DNA of 48,704 nucleotides from a virus (IMGVR_UViG_3300010382_000021:1-48704), one strand, 5' to 3'. Shown: positions 18,104-28,111, counted from the stretch's first letter. Made by a program: numbers and translations. The notes: generated from the letters alone by a model not told the origin.

Positions 18104-18486
18104 AAAGAAAAATAGTCTATGATGGCATAACAACAATTCTGCTTATAATATGCTTTGCCGGTTGGATATTTGCAATAAAAGAAATCAAACATGTGAACAC
18201 AGAAAATGTAGAACTTCAGCAGCAGCTTCAATCCATGCAGCAGGAGCCAGAGCCAAACTACAAAGAAGGCCCATACACCATGATAACCGATCTGGCTTCG
18301 TTCATGTATATCAATGGCGTTTCAGGGGATATTGAAGGAGCTGTGCATTGGACTGATGTGAACGGAGTTTCGGGCTTCGACGTAACTGTAAATAGCACAC
18401 ATTACCGGTACGTTGAAGGACATATACCATTGCCTCAACTGGCACTGTATGCTCCGTATCTCAACATTGTGGATAGCGGCCAATAG
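18100..18486 (+). CDS. Membrane-anchored hypothetical protein
   Basis: N-terminal TM helix; GTGA overlap. Confidence 0.7.
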   Translation: MKRKIVYDGITTILLIICFAGWIFAIKEIKHVNTENVELQQQLQSMQQEPEPNYKEGPYTMITDLASFMYINGVSGDIEGAVHWTDVNGVSGFDVTVNSTHYRYVEGHIPLPQLALYAPYLNIVDSGQ

Positions 18487-18498
18487 GGAGGGATTGAG

Positions 18499-18744
18499 TT
18501 GGAAGAAAATTACTGTGCGCTGGTAATCAGCATATTGAAAAACTGCTCTCCCGAACAGGCGTTTCGATACCTTGAAACAGGCAAGAAGGGCAAGGCGAGT
18601 CCCGAAGACTCCCAAAAGCTTGTTGTAGAGATTAAGAAAATGCGGAAGCAGAAAATGTCATTTAGGGCGATAGCCAAAGTTGTCAATTTATCTCCAGGTA
18701 ATGTATATAGGCTGCTGAAGAAATATGAGGACAATGTCGCTTGA
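18499..18744 (+). CDS. HTH DNA-binding protein
   Basis: MSFRAIAKVVNLSPGNVYRLL. Confidence 0.75.
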   Translation: MEENYCALVISILKNCSPEQAFRYLETGKKGKASPEDSQKLVVEIKKMRKQKMSFRAIAKVVNLSPGNVYRLLKKYEDNVA

Positions 18745-18774
18745 TGATAATTATGTGACGTAAGGAGGCTAAAT

Positions 18775-18999
18775 ATGGAAAACCCAAAAGTTATTGAGAT
18801 TATGCAGGCTGGATTGGCATGGGCGAATTGGACAGACGAACAAAGAGAGGCATTTATTATTGCAGGAGAAGCAGTCAAAAAGCAAATACCACAACGAGTT
18901 ATAAAAATCCAAGGAGTATCAAGTCAAGCATGTCCAGTCTGTAAATCAAATGTTAACGGTAAATACTGTTCGTGCTGCGGTCAAAGACTAAGTTATTAG
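18775..18999 (+). CDS. Zinc-ribbon phage protein
   Basis: KQIP...CPVC...YCSCCGQRL. Confidence 0.75.
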   Translation: MENPKVIEIMQAGLAWANWTDEQREAFIIAGEAVKKQIPQRVIKIQGVSSQACPVCKSNVNGKYCSCCGQRLSY

Positions 19000-19035
19000 T
19001 TCGTAGTTCAAGAATTATGCGAAGGAGGAAGGGAA

Positions 19036-19209
19036 TTGTCAAAACAGACAGTAGCCGGTCAGCAAAAATTAATTGATGATGAAAATAAAATAATAAATAG
19101 CATAGTTCGTCATTATAAAGGCCGAAAAATGCCAGAATACGAGAAATCATACATAAAAGACCTTGAAAAAAAGATAGCAGAACGCAAAGCATGGATTGGA
19201 CGACAGTAA
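19036..19209 (+). CDS. Small hypothetical protein (57 aa)
   Basis: AAGGAGG SD, TTG start. Confidence 0.55.
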   Translation: MSKQTVAGQQKLIDDENKIINSIVRHYKGRKMPEYEKSYIKDLEKKIAERKAWIGRQ

Positions 19210-19496
19210 GAGTTGCGCATTTACACAGAGAATATTGCGAAAAGGGGGAGCCGCCGGCAGAAATCCTTTTAACTAACCGGCGGCTCATTAGGGACATACA
19301 AATAATACCATAATTAGACAATTATTGCAAGTTGAATGTTTGTGAAGGGGGTAAGCCTATGGAAATAAACCACAGCCTAATGTTGTATGCCAGGGACATA
19401 GAAAACATGTGGCGCAACGGTATGCCGCTTGATAAGGCTATAAGGCAGATGCAATAGATAAGACAATGCATGGGGCGGCGAGATAGGGGGTGCGGA

Positions 19497-19892
19497 GTGA
19501 GGATTAATAATATTAATGAGTTGCCGGCTGACATACAAAAGCAGATCGAGCAGAAAATAGGCAAAGTCAAAAGACCAAGCAAATACCACAATGAGCGCAC
19601 TATCGCTGACGGCCAAGAGTTTGCCAGTGGCAGGGAGGCTGAAAGATATGGACAACTGAAGTTGCTTGAACGGGCAGATGAGATAACAGCGCTTAGCACT
19701 CAGGTGTGGTTTTTGTTAGAGCCAGGGAACAAGGTTAACAGGCCAAGCTATTACATAGCAGACTTTGTATATTTCGATTGCCGGCTAAAGGAATGGGTAG
19801 TAGAGGATACAAAGGGGAAACGGACACCAGAGTATATTTTAAAGAAAAAAGCCATGTATAACCTGTACGGGATTGATATAAAAGAGGTCTAA
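19497..19892 (+). CDS. DUF1064 family (PD-(D/E)XK nuclease-like) protein
   Basis: SKYHN...DG..FAS..EA.RY, YIADFVY, VVEDTKG. Confidence 0.88.
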   Translation: MRINNINELPADIQKQIEQKIGKVKRPSKYHNERTIADGQEFASGREAERYGQLKLLERADEITALSTQVWFLLEPGNKVNRPSYYIADFVYFDCRLKEWVVEDTKGKRTPEYILKKKAMYNLYGIDIKEV

Positions 19893-19904
19893 AGGGGTGG
19901 TTAT

Positions 19905-20123
19905 ATGAATTGCAAGGGCTGTCTGAGATATGTAAAGCATGAATGTGAGGCATTAACAGTAAGAGAAAATAACTGCTTTGCCAGAGAGATGGATCGGGAT
20001 AAGTACATAAAAGAAATGGAGGACATAATAGCGTACAACAAAGAGAGGGCTAACCCAAAAGGATGCACAGCAGCAAGACGTAGTATTAAGCGCGTTAAGG
20101 CAAGTAAGGCGGTGATAGAATGA
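19905..20123 (+). CDS. Hypothetical protein
   Basis: SD plus ORF. Confidence 0.6.
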   Translation: MNCKGCLRYVKHECEALTVRENNCFAREMDRDKYIKEMEDIIAYNKERANPKGCTAARRSIKRVKASKAVIE

Positions 20124-20428
20124 ATTGTCCACAATGCCCAGGTGATGTAGAAATGCTATATATAAAAGAAGATAACATGTATCACTGCCCTATATGTAAT
20201 GGTCAATGGTGGCCTCCAGATAAGCCAGAGCGTGGAGAGTATAAGAAAGCAATATGCGATATCAGTTCCCCTGAAGCTTTGATATTTGGCTTGGCAGAAT
20301 CAACATATGGAATCAATTATAAAGCCCCTTTGCCTCCGGGGGAACCTTCTTATAAAGGTGGCAGTAGATCGGGCAAGAGAAGGAAGAAGAGGCCCAAACC
20401 GCAAATAACCAATATAAATTATTGGTAA
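20120..20428 (+). CDS. Zinc-finger protein with basic tail
   Basis: CPQC...CPIC; KRRKKR. Confidence 0.65.
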   Translation: MNCPQCPGDVEMLYIKEDNMYHCPICNGQWWPPDKPERGEYKKAICDISSPEALIFGLAESTYGINYKAPLPPGEPSYKGGSRSGKRRKKRPKPQITNINYW

Positions 20429-20437
20429 AAAAAGTAC

Positions 20438-20466
20438 TTGAAATTTGACTAAATATATTATATACT
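20438..20466 (+). promoter_or_regulatory. sigmaA-type promoter upstream of the late region
   Basis: TTGAAA-17 nt-TATACT. Confidence 0.6.
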
Positions 20467-20489
20467 AAGAATGGATAGCAGACACATTT

Positions 20490-20518
20490 AGCACTCAGTA
20501 AAATACTGGGTGCTTTTC
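20490..20518 (+). terminator. Terminator-like hairpin just downstream of the promoter
   Basis: AGCACTCAGTA-aaa-TACTGGGTGCT followed by TTT. Confidence 0.55.
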
Positions 20519-20938
20519 TCATGTCTGGATATAATAATGGATTGAGAATTTACGCAAAAGGAAGCCTTGAAATGATATATAGGCTTCCTTTTAACTTTAA
20601 CATGGAGGGCAACAATGAAGCACAGGAAATTACCTGTAGAAGTTGAAAATGGATATGAAATGTGTGACTCATTTACTGGAAAGTCGTACGGATTTTGCAC
20701 AAAAATTGAAAGATTTACTACGCCATTGGCAAAGAAAGTGCCCTTAGTATTCAAACCCGCAATAAAAACCTTGGAGGGTTGGCGTACAATAACCCCTAAA
20801 TAGCTTTTACATAGGTGCCAGATTGACACTAACGTGCTGGTGGGCGGGTTGTGGGAGTTCTAGTTTAATTATACGGCAGTCGGGATAGATAGAGACCTCC
20901 TTCCCGGCTGCTATTCTATTTATGCAGGAGGAATAGGT

Positions 20939-21085
20939 ATGAAATCAGGAACAGCATTATTAATATTTGCGATATTAAAGAATATTGGGCTAATTGTATT
21001 GGCTGGGTTTATATGCTGGTACATGAATACATTATGGGGACTGTTGGCATTGTTATTTTTAAGTGGCATAGAGATCAAAGAATAA
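20939..21085 (+). CDS. Small hydrophobic protein (48 aa, about 2 TM helices)
   Basis: AGGAGG SD; MKSGTALLIFAIL...LWGLLALLFLSG. Confidence 0.65.
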   Translation: MKSGTALLIFAILKNIGLIVLAGFICWYMNTLWGLLALLFLSGIEIKE

Positions 21086-21221
21086 GATGTGGATAGCAAA
21101 AATGGAAATTCGTTTTGTTGAAATTACTGGGTTAATTGCCATATGCTCACCGCAGGAATAAAACAAAAATGGAAATTGAGGCGGCGATATTATATTTAGT
21201 TTTCCAAGGGAGGTCAAGCAA

Positions 21222-21539
21222 ATGCCAAGTAAACCAAAGCGGCCTTGTTCTCACGGGCGTCAATGGAGAGAAAGAAAATCATCGATGAAGGAACAGGGTT
21301 GGTATAATACTTCGGCGCACAGACGGTGGAGGAAGCTGGTGCTGCAGCGTGACAAAGTATGTCAGATGTGCAAGCGTAAGCCGGCGACCGAGGCGCACCA
21401 TATCAAGCCGCTTGAGGATTACCCTGAGCTTGCGCTTGACTTGGACAATGGGCAAGGACTTTGCTGGGACTGCCACGAGCTGACAAAGCAGAGGAAGAAG
21501 ATGAAACTTCCGGAGGGGGTGCGGGTTATCAAGGCATAG
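21222..21539 (+). CDS. Packaging-associated HNH endonuclease (HK97 gp74-like)
   Basis: MPSKPKRPC; CQMC...EAHHIKP...N..GLC.DCH; just upstream of terminase. Confidence 0.88.
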   Translation: MPSKPKRPCSHGRQWRERKSSMKEQGWYNTSAHRRWRKLVLQRDKVCQMCKRKPATEAHHIKPLEDYPELALDLDNGQGLCWDCHELTKQRKKMKLPEGVRVIKA

Positions 21540-21568
21540 GGTATTTAAAAAATGAGGAGGACAGAAGG

Positions 21569-21826
21569 ATGGATATGGTTACGAAGAAAACATGGAAAGA
21601 GTTTCGCGAAAGCGGGTTACTCTGGTGGATCAATATGATCTTGCATACTTTGGGATGGGCAATTGTTGTAGAGGTTGAGGATGAAACCGGCGACATCACA
21701 TGCTGTTATCCTGCAAGGGTAAAGTTCAGAGGGTTTGATGAGAAGTCAAATACTGATGGATATATCAAAGTGTCTGAATACATAAAGTTAAACGCTGATG
21801 AACTTAACGGGGAAGCAAAGACATAG
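21569..21826 (+). CDS. Hypothetical protein
   Basis: W.EFRESGLLWWIN.ILH..GWAI. Confidence 0.7.
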   Translation: MDMVTKKTWKEFRESGLLWWINMILHTLGWAIVVEVEDETGDITCCYPARVKFRGFDEKSNTDGYIKVSEYIKLNADELNGEAKT

Positions 21827-21900
21827 CCCCCCCGGGTATCAAAGTTGGAGTCGGCTACATAGATACCGTGTGCCCTCCTTCCTTTGCACCGCGGGTAATT
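21826..21900. other. Probable cos / packaging initiation region
   Basis: C-run and GC-rich intergenic stretch between HNH and terS, the usual position in cos phages. Confidence 0.5.
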
Positions 21901-21920
21901 TTATAGTGGGGGTGTAGTCT

Positions 21921-22292
21921 ATGGCAAACAAGACCGAAACAATTTTAAAAGCAGCATTGCCGGACAATGAAGCAATACGGGATGAATACGCTCGCCTCAT
22001 GTCACTTTACAAGACGGCGCCAAAAGAAAAATTGGCTCTGGCAAGGAAGCTGATCAGCCGTGCTGCATTCCTGGCCGTGACCATAGATGATCTGGAAGAT
22101 GACATTGCCACGAACGGCTATGAGGACGAATACCAGAATGGCGAATTCCAGAAAGGCAAGAAAAAAAGTGCAGCTGCCGAGCTCCATGTGACCTATACCA
22201 AGAACCTGCTTGCCGTGATGAAGCAGCTTGACGATATGCTGGATGTTCAGGTGAGCATACCCGGAAAGGGTGATGCATTTGAGCGGTTCTAA
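21921..22292 (+). CDS. terS: Terminase small subunit
   Basis: Position; RAAFL...L...I...G....YQNG..Q.G.K. Confidence 0.8.
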   Translation: MANKTETILKAALPDNEAIRDEYARLMSLYKTAPKEKLALARKLISRAAFLAVTIDDLEDDIATNGYEDEYQNGEFQKGKKKSAAAELHVTYTKNLLAVMKQLDDMLDVQVSIPGKGDAFERF

Positions 22293-24003
22293 AATTCCCA
22301 GCCTGGTTGAGTCTTCGGAATGCTATAAATTTGCCGAGGAAGTCCTCTCTGGTATTATCGTTTCCGGAAAACGGCGCAAGCAAGCCTGCCAGAGATTTGT
22401 AAACGACCTTAAAAAATCGTTGACGGATCCTACATATCCGTGGGTGTTTGATGTAACGAAAGGCTATAGACCCATTGATTTCATGGAGGAATTTATCACT
22501 CCGACTAAAGGCGATTACGATCGCATGGAGCTGCTCCCTTGGCAGCACTTTGTTGAAGGTAACCTTTACGGATGGGTCGACAGGAAGACCGGATACCGGA
22601 GGTTCCGTGAAGGCCTGATCATCGTTGGCTCCGGTAACGGAAAAAGCACGCTGGTTACCGGCAATGCTGCATATGCGATTTCCAAGGACGGGGAACGCGG
22701 GCCGGAAGCGTACTGCCTCGCAAATTCCAAGCAACAGGCCCGAATTGTCTTCGATGCCTGCAAGGCCCAAATTGAAGAATCCCCGCTGCTGAGAAAGCAT
22801 TTCCGGACAAACCGCAGCGGGATATATTACGATCCTGCAAATGGCTTGTTTGAACCGAGAGCAACGGATTCCAAGAACCTGGATGGAATGAATGTCCATA
22901 TGGGTATATTTGACGAAATACAGGAATATCGGGATTATAAGCTTATCAATGTTATCAAGAAAAAAGGTAAAAAGCGGCGTCAACCGCTTTTTATTTACAT
23001 TACAACACTTGGTACGGTCATTGACGGTCCGCTGATGGATTATTACATCTTGGGAGGACAAATTTTGGATGGCGCCGAGGCGATATCCCAGAGAGCGGCC
23101 GACCGTATGTTTATCTATATTGACGAAATCGACGAGGGTGACGATCCTGATGATGTGACTTGCTGGGGAAAGGCAAACCCATCTCTTGGCCCGCTGCTCC
23201 TTCTGGACGATCTGATCGACGAATGGGAGCGGTGTAAGCTGATCCCAGCGGAGCGATCCGACTTCATCAACAAACAGCTCAACGTATTTACTTCGGTGGA
23301 TGAATTGAGCTTTTTAGATGCCAAAACAATCAGGGCAAATAACAAGATTTACGACATCAAGAATCTCAAAGGCGGGCTGTGCTACGGAGGTTTCGACCTT
23401 GCCGAAACGGAGGATTTTACATCCGCTTGCTTGGAATTTCCGCTGCCAGATAACTGGTTCTTCCTGTTAGAACATTCGTGGGTTCCGATAAAAAAGGTCA
23501 AAGAGGACCATGAAAAGTTGGATTGGAAGGGATTGGGGAATGCGGGGGTGCTGACCATTGTCAATAAGGATTATGTCGAATACGAGCTAATTTTAGCGTG
23601 GTTTCTAAAGATGCGAGAGCTCTATAGGATAGATTCTATCGGTTTTGACCCTGCCAAAGCCTTCATGCTGGTTAATAAGTTACGGGAAAACGGATTTGTC
23701 ATGAACGAAGTCCGACAGGGCGAGCTAACACTGACCGCGCCGCTTGACAATCTCAAGGAGCGTTTCCTGGATGGGAAAATAATGCACAACAACAATCCGC
23801 TGTATTATTGGTACCTCGGTAATGTGAAACTTACCAAAAGAGGCCCGAATGCTACGTATTTGCCAACAAAACAGAATAAATATCGCAAAATAGACGGTTT
23901 TGCCGCCCACCTGGACGCGCATACTGAATATCTGCGGAAACATCCAACATACATTCCGGAGGACAAAAAAGTCTCGACAGTCCTCAAATTAGCTCAGAAA
24001 TGA
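22270..24003 (+). CDS. terL: Terminase large subunit
   Basis: LLPWQ.F, Walker A GNGKST, FDE, WGKANP, GFDLA, KIDG. Confidence 0.96.
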   Translation: MMHLSGSKIPSLVESSECYKFAEEVLSGIIVSGKRRKQACQRFVNDLKKSLTDPTYPWVFDVTKGYRPIDFMEEFITPTKGDYDRMELLPWQHFVEGNLYGWVDRKTGYRRFREGLIIVGSGNGKSTLVTGNAAYAISKDGERGPEAYCLANSKQQARIVFDACKAQIEESPLLRKHFRTNRSGIYYDPANGLFEPRATDSKNLDGMNVHMGIFDEIQEYRDYKLINVIKKKGKKRRQPLFIYITTLGTVIDGPLMDYYILGGQILDGAEAISQRAADRMFIYIDEIDEGDDPDDVTCWGKANPSLGPLLLLDDLIDEWERCKLIPAERSDFINKQLNVFTSVDELSFLDAKTIRANNKIYDIKNLKGGLCYGGFDLAETEDFTSACLEFPLPDNWFFLLEHSWVPIKKVKEDHEKLDWKGLGNAGVLTIVNKDYVEYELILAWFLKMRELYRIDSIGFDPAKAFMLVNKLRENGFVMNEVRQGELTLTAPLDNLKERFLDGKIMHNNNPLYYWYLGNVKLTKRGPNATYLPTKQNKYRKIDGFAAHLDAHTEYLRKHPTYIPEDKKVSTVLKLAQK

Positions 24004-24012
24004 GGTGAAAAT

Positions 24013-25272
24013 TTGAGCATATTTAATATTGGACGTCAAAAGGAACTGGAAAAAGAAATAACTGCGCTAAAAGCAGAAATTACCACTCTGAAAGCGGCCC
24101 CACCACCGAATACAAAAATCAGAAGGCTGCTGACATCATGGCTGCCGCATTGGATCCGCGGTGACTATACGCTCCAAAATAGCGAACTGATATTCTCTGC
24201 GGTCTCCCGGATATCAAACGCCCTGTCAGCTATGCCGGTGCAACTCTACCGGGGAAGCACACAGGTCAAAAACGACTTAAACGACATAGTAAGCTTCGGG
24301 CCAAATACGAATATGACGTCATGCCAGTTTTTTAAGACGCTGGAAGCCTGCAAGTGTACAGAAGGCAATGCGTATGCAATAAAATTGTTTGACCCGGGCG
24401 GAACTTTGTCGGGCTTACGGCCCCTTGATCCGCTGCGAGTCAGACCGGTAATGGAAACTGATTCCATGGAGTTGTGGTATAGGATAACCCCGGAGCAGGG
24501 CGCTGATTACTACCTGCATAACTTTTATGTTATCCATGTACCGTTTATCTCCACAAACGGATATTCTGGAGTGAATCCGGTATCAGTGCTGTTTAATACG
24601 CTTTCTTACGGTGCCGATATACAAAAATTCAGTGCCTCGCAGCTCCAGAAGGGCATAAACGCCCAGGTAGTTCTAGAGGCTCCGGCCAACCTCGGGAAGC
24701 AGCAGAAAGAGGACATGATCAACGACTTCATGGACACCTACCGCGAGACCGCCGGAAATATCCTGTTATTGGAGTCCGGCGTGCAGGCTAAGACCTTGAA
24801 TCTTTCTCCGGTCGATTCCAAGCTGTTTGAGGTCGAAAAGATATCCAGATCCCGTGTGGCGATGGTATATAACATCCCGCCGCACCTTTTAGGAGATTAT
24901 TCAGACACTTCTTTCAGCAGTCAGGAGCAGCAGATGCTGGAGTTTCTGATGCTAACCATGCTCCCTATCGTCACGGCCTACGAGCAGGAACTGAACCGAA
25001 AGCTTTTAAGTCGCGAACAGCGCAAGACGATGCGGTTTAAGTTTGATATGGATGCGATACTCCGGGCAGACGCGGCAACCAGAGCTGATGTTCACCAAAA
25101 AGCTATTCGAGGCGGATGGGAGACACCGAACGAGGCGAGGACTGAATATGGCAGAGCGAACGATCCTAACGGAAATAAACTGATGGCTTCTCGCGATCTG
25201 ACAACGCTGGAATATATTATAAAAAACCCCGACAAGGGACCAAGTAAAACGAATGGTGGTGATGAAAAGTGA
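24013..25272 (+). CDS. HK97-family portal protein
   Basis: GNAY, VIH, IPPHLLG, TPNEAR motifs. Confidence 0.95.
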   Translation: MSIFNIGRQKELEKEITALKAEITTLKAAPPPNTKIRRLLTSWLPHWIRGDYTLQNSELIFSAVSRISNALSAMPVQLYRGSTQVKNDLNDIVSFGPNTNMTSCQFFKTLEACKCTEGNAYAIKLFDPGGTLSGLRPLDPLRVRPVMETDSMELWYRITPEQGADYYLHNFYVIHVPFISTNGYSGVNPVSVLFNTLSYGADIQKFSASQLQKGINAQVVLEAPANLGKQQKEDMINDFMDTYRETAGNILLLESGVQAKTLNLSPVDSKLFEVEKISRSRVAMVYNIPPHLLGDYSDTSFSSQEQQMLEFLMLTMLPIVTAYEQELNRKLLSREQRKTMRFKFDMDAILRADAATRADVHQKAIRGGWETPNEARTEYGRANDPNGNKLMASRDLTTLEYIIKNPDKGPSKTNGGDEK

Positions 25273-25562
25273 GTTTATACAAAGTATGGGCTACGGGCAA
25301 GCGGCACCCTGCATGGCCGGACTTTCCCGCATTTCGTGACTGGACACTGCGCGAGGGCTGGCTTGAGGAATACGGCTTCGAGGGCGAATTTACACCGGAA
25401 AATTTAAAGCTGGCAATTCAAAAAAAAGAACCGGGTATAGACCCAAAAAAGGACTGTCCTGTTTTGAAACCGACAAAGTCGCTTGATCAGGCGCAAAAAC
25501 TAATTGAGCAACCACAACGCGGCAAGAAAGCCAAAAAGGAGGCGGACGATGGACAGAGTTGA
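25269..25562 (+). CDS. Hypothetical protein
   Basis: GTGA overlap between portal and protease. Confidence 0.6.
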   Translation: MSLYKVWATGKRHPAWPDFPAFRDWTLREGWLEEYGFEGEFTPENLKLAIQKKEPGIDPKKDCPVLKPTKSLDQAQKLIEQPQRGKKAKKEADDGQS

Positions 25563-26358
25563 AAAATTTAAAGCCTTTGCGGGCGGCACACCGATTGATC
25601 CTACCGCAGACATTGACCTGATTAATAAATACGCGCTGAAGGAGCTGACGCCGGAAGGCGTTTTTTGTTTCCCTATAATCCTCGCTGACAACGAGGTGGA
25701 CCGCGACACAGAAAAATTTCCGAAAGCCTCTCTTGATGAACTTGCCAAACTCCTTGTCGGGAAGACGGGCATTTTTGATCACGACTGGTCGTCTGGAAAT
25801 CAGGTTGCGCGGCTATACCGTTGCGAAGTGGTGGAACAGCAGGGCAAGAACTCTGTAGGAGAACAGAAATTGGCTTTACGTGGCAGTGCCTACATGCTGA
25901 AGATCCCGGAAAATGAACCCCTTATCGCGGCAATAGAGGGAGGCATTGTAAAGGAGGTATCTATTGGATTCCGCCTGACTGAAGTGGCTTGTTCCGCTTG
26001 CGGTAAGAAGTTCAAATATAGCTGGGATATCGGCAAGTATATCTGTGAAAACGGCCACGTCAAAGGCGCGGTAGTAGACGGCAAATTGGTACATGGCAAT
26101 ATGCTGGGCATCAAGGATGCTTATGAGTTTTCATTCGTGGCGGTGCCATCGCAGCGCGGCGCGGGTGTGACCAAGAGCGTCAAGGATCTGAGCGACGCCG
26201 TCGAATTGATGAAGTCCGGCGATCTTGCGACGGTCAACCCTGAAGACCTCAGCACAATCATCAAACGCAGTCAGATGGCGCTCGCGGATAACGATGAGCG
26301 CGAAGAAAGGGCGAAAATACTCGCCGAAAATGAAAAATATTTGAAAGGAGTCAATTAA
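25549..26358 (+). CDS. Prohead maturation protease
   Basis: DNEVDRD, FDHDW, KEVSIG, YEFSFVAVPSQ. Confidence 0.82.
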   Translation: MDRVEKFKAFAGGTPIDPTADIDLINKYALKELTPEGVFCFPIILADNEVDRDTEKFPKASLDELAKLLVGKTGIFDHDWSSGNQVARLYRCEVVEQQGKNSVGEQKLALRGSAYMLKIPENEPLIAAIEGGIVKEVSIGFRLTEVACSACGKKFKYSWDIGKYICENGHVKGAVVDGKLVHGNMLGIKDAYEFSFVAVPSQRGAGVTKSVKDLSDAVELMKSGDLATVNPEDLSTIIKRSQMALADNDEREERAKILAENEKYLKGVN

Positions 26359-26359
26359 T

Positions 26360-27793
26360 ATGACATTATTTGAGCTTAAGGAAAAAATGACAACTCTCGC
26401 CGCGGCCATCAAGGCTGATGCCGATTGGATCGCGGAAAAAGCGGCAGATCCCGCGACCAGCATGGAGGATATTACCGCAAAAAAGACACACCGCGACGAA
26501 CTCCAGGGGCGTTATGATCTGCTCAAGGCAGAACACGACAAGATGGAAGAGGAACAACGTAATACAATAGCAATTAAAAATGGCTCTGGCAATGGAATGA
26601 CAGAAAAAGATGTCGTTGTTAAAAATAAGGCGGCTTATTACCGTGCCGTGGCGACTGGCAACAAGGAAGCAGCGCAAAAAGCCTATCAAGGCCTTGGGGG
26701 AATCCCGGCCGGATCCGCCGACATGGGCAGCGGATCCCATCTGCTGCCGACAACACTGTCGAGCGAGCTGATCGTCGAGCCTGCTGAGGAAAACTCCCTG
26801 CGTAAGGTCGAGCAGACTTCCCAGGTTGCAGGATTGGAGGAGCCCCGTATTACATTTGATATTGACGATGAAGATCTGCTTGAGGACGTAATAGACTTTG
26901 AAACAGCCAAAGAGATTGAGATATCTGCGGATATGGTTACCTATGGCCGATATAAAACCAAAGCCAGGGTTAAGATGTCTGATACTGTTGTTTACGGTAC
27001 CGATACGAATCTTGTCACAGAAGTTGAAAATGCGCTTCGCTCCGCTCTTGCAAGAAAAGAAAAGCTTCGCGCATTTGCAAAATCCGCGGACGATACCCAC
27101 AAACACATGAGTTTCTACATGGTAGGCATCAAGGGTGTTACCGGTGCCACCGTCGTCGCGGCGATTATGGCAGCTCTAGGAGACTTGCCCGACCTCTTCC
27201 GTGCCAACGCAAAGGTCGTCATGACGTCGCAGGATTGGTACAGTTATATCCAGACACTGGCCAATGATTCCGATACTCTTTTCACCGCAAAGCCGCAGGA
27301 TGTTCTCGGCGTACCGGTTGAATTCAACGACAAGGCTTCCATTCCGATTGTGGGAGATTTCCGCTATGCTAAGCAGAATTATGATCCAGCTGCTATTCTC
27401 GACAGCGACAAGGATGTGGACACTGGAACATTTAAATACGTACTGACCGCATGGGGAGATCATCAGATTAAACTTAAGAGCGCATTCCGCCTCGCAATCG
27501 TCGCTGTTGCTGTCATCGGCGGCGTAGTGACGCCCGAAGCTACCGGCGCAGCCGGCGAAGATCTGACCGTCGTGCCTGTGTTTAATGGAGCCGCGAGCCA
27601 GGTGCCGACCACGGGCATCACCTACCTCTGGCAGAAGCTTGTCAGCGGAACATGGACCGACCTAACGGCAGATTATACAGGATATAACACAACTACGCTG
27701 ACGACTGTGGCCGGAGATTCAGGCGCGTCCTTCCGCTGCGCGATCACCTACGACAGCAAGACCGCACACTCCAATGTTATCAAAATGTCCTAA
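26360..27793 (+). CDS. HK97-family major capsid protein with C-terminal Ig-like domain
   Basis: Coiled-coil delta domain; LLP.T.S.ELI.EP; GDF.Y; C-terminal TYLWQK...FRCAIT. Confidence 0.92.
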   Translation: MTLFELKEKMTTLAAAIKADADWIAEKAADPATSMEDITAKKTHRDELQGRYDLLKAEHDKMEEEQRNTIAIKNGSGNGMTEKDVVVKNKAAYYRAVATGNKEAAQKAYQGLGGIPAGSADMGSGSHLLPTTLSSELIVEPAEENSLRKVEQTSQVAGLEEPRITFDIDDEDLLEDVIDFETAKEIEISADMVTYGRYKTKARVKMSDTVVYGTDTNLVTEVENALRSALARKEKLRAFAKSADDTHKHMSFYMVGIKGVTGATVVAAIMAALGDLPDLFRANAKVVMTSQDWYSYIQTLANDSDTLFTAKPQDVLGVPVEFNDKASIPIVGDFRYAKQNYDPAAILDSDKDVDTGTFKYVLTAWGDHQIKLKSAFRLAIVAVAVIGGVVTPEATGAAGEDLTVVPVFNGAASQVPTTGITYLWQKLVSGTWTDLTADYTGYNTTTLTTVAGDSGASFRCAITYDSKTAHSNVIKMS

Positions 27794-27811
27794 CGAATGG
27801 AGGGTAGCCTG

Positions 27812-28111
27812 ATGGCAGTAACAACCGAAAACCTGAAAGATTACCTGCGGCTGCCTTCTGACAATGCAGAAGACCTGACGGGTTACCTTGCCGCCGCGCA
27901 ATCCAAAGCGCGGACGGCGGGGATACCTGCCTTCCAGCACAACGAGCAATATGACATGTTCATCAAGGCGCTGGCAGGGATGTATTACGATAACCGATGC
28001 ATGTCATTTGACGATCCTGCATTGAAGGCGGCGGCAGAGCGCATGACGAATTCGTTTGTGCTTGAACTTCGTTATGCAGAGGAAGATCCAGAAGGTGGTG
28101 AGAGTGCATGA
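27812..28111 (+). CDS. Head-tail connector (gp6-like)
   Basis: LKDYLRL...YYDNR. Confidence 0.85.
   Translation: MAVTTENLKDYLRLPSDNAEDLTGYLAAAQSKARTAGIPAFQHNEQYDMFIKALAGMYYDNRCMSFDDPALKAAAERMTNSFVLELRYAEEDPEGGESA

Noticed and set aside
22054-23061. 335-aa minus-strand ORF (likewise 26366-27106 and 33387-34148)
   Set aside because: Antisense shadows of terminase, capsid and tape measure genes with no recognisable motifs
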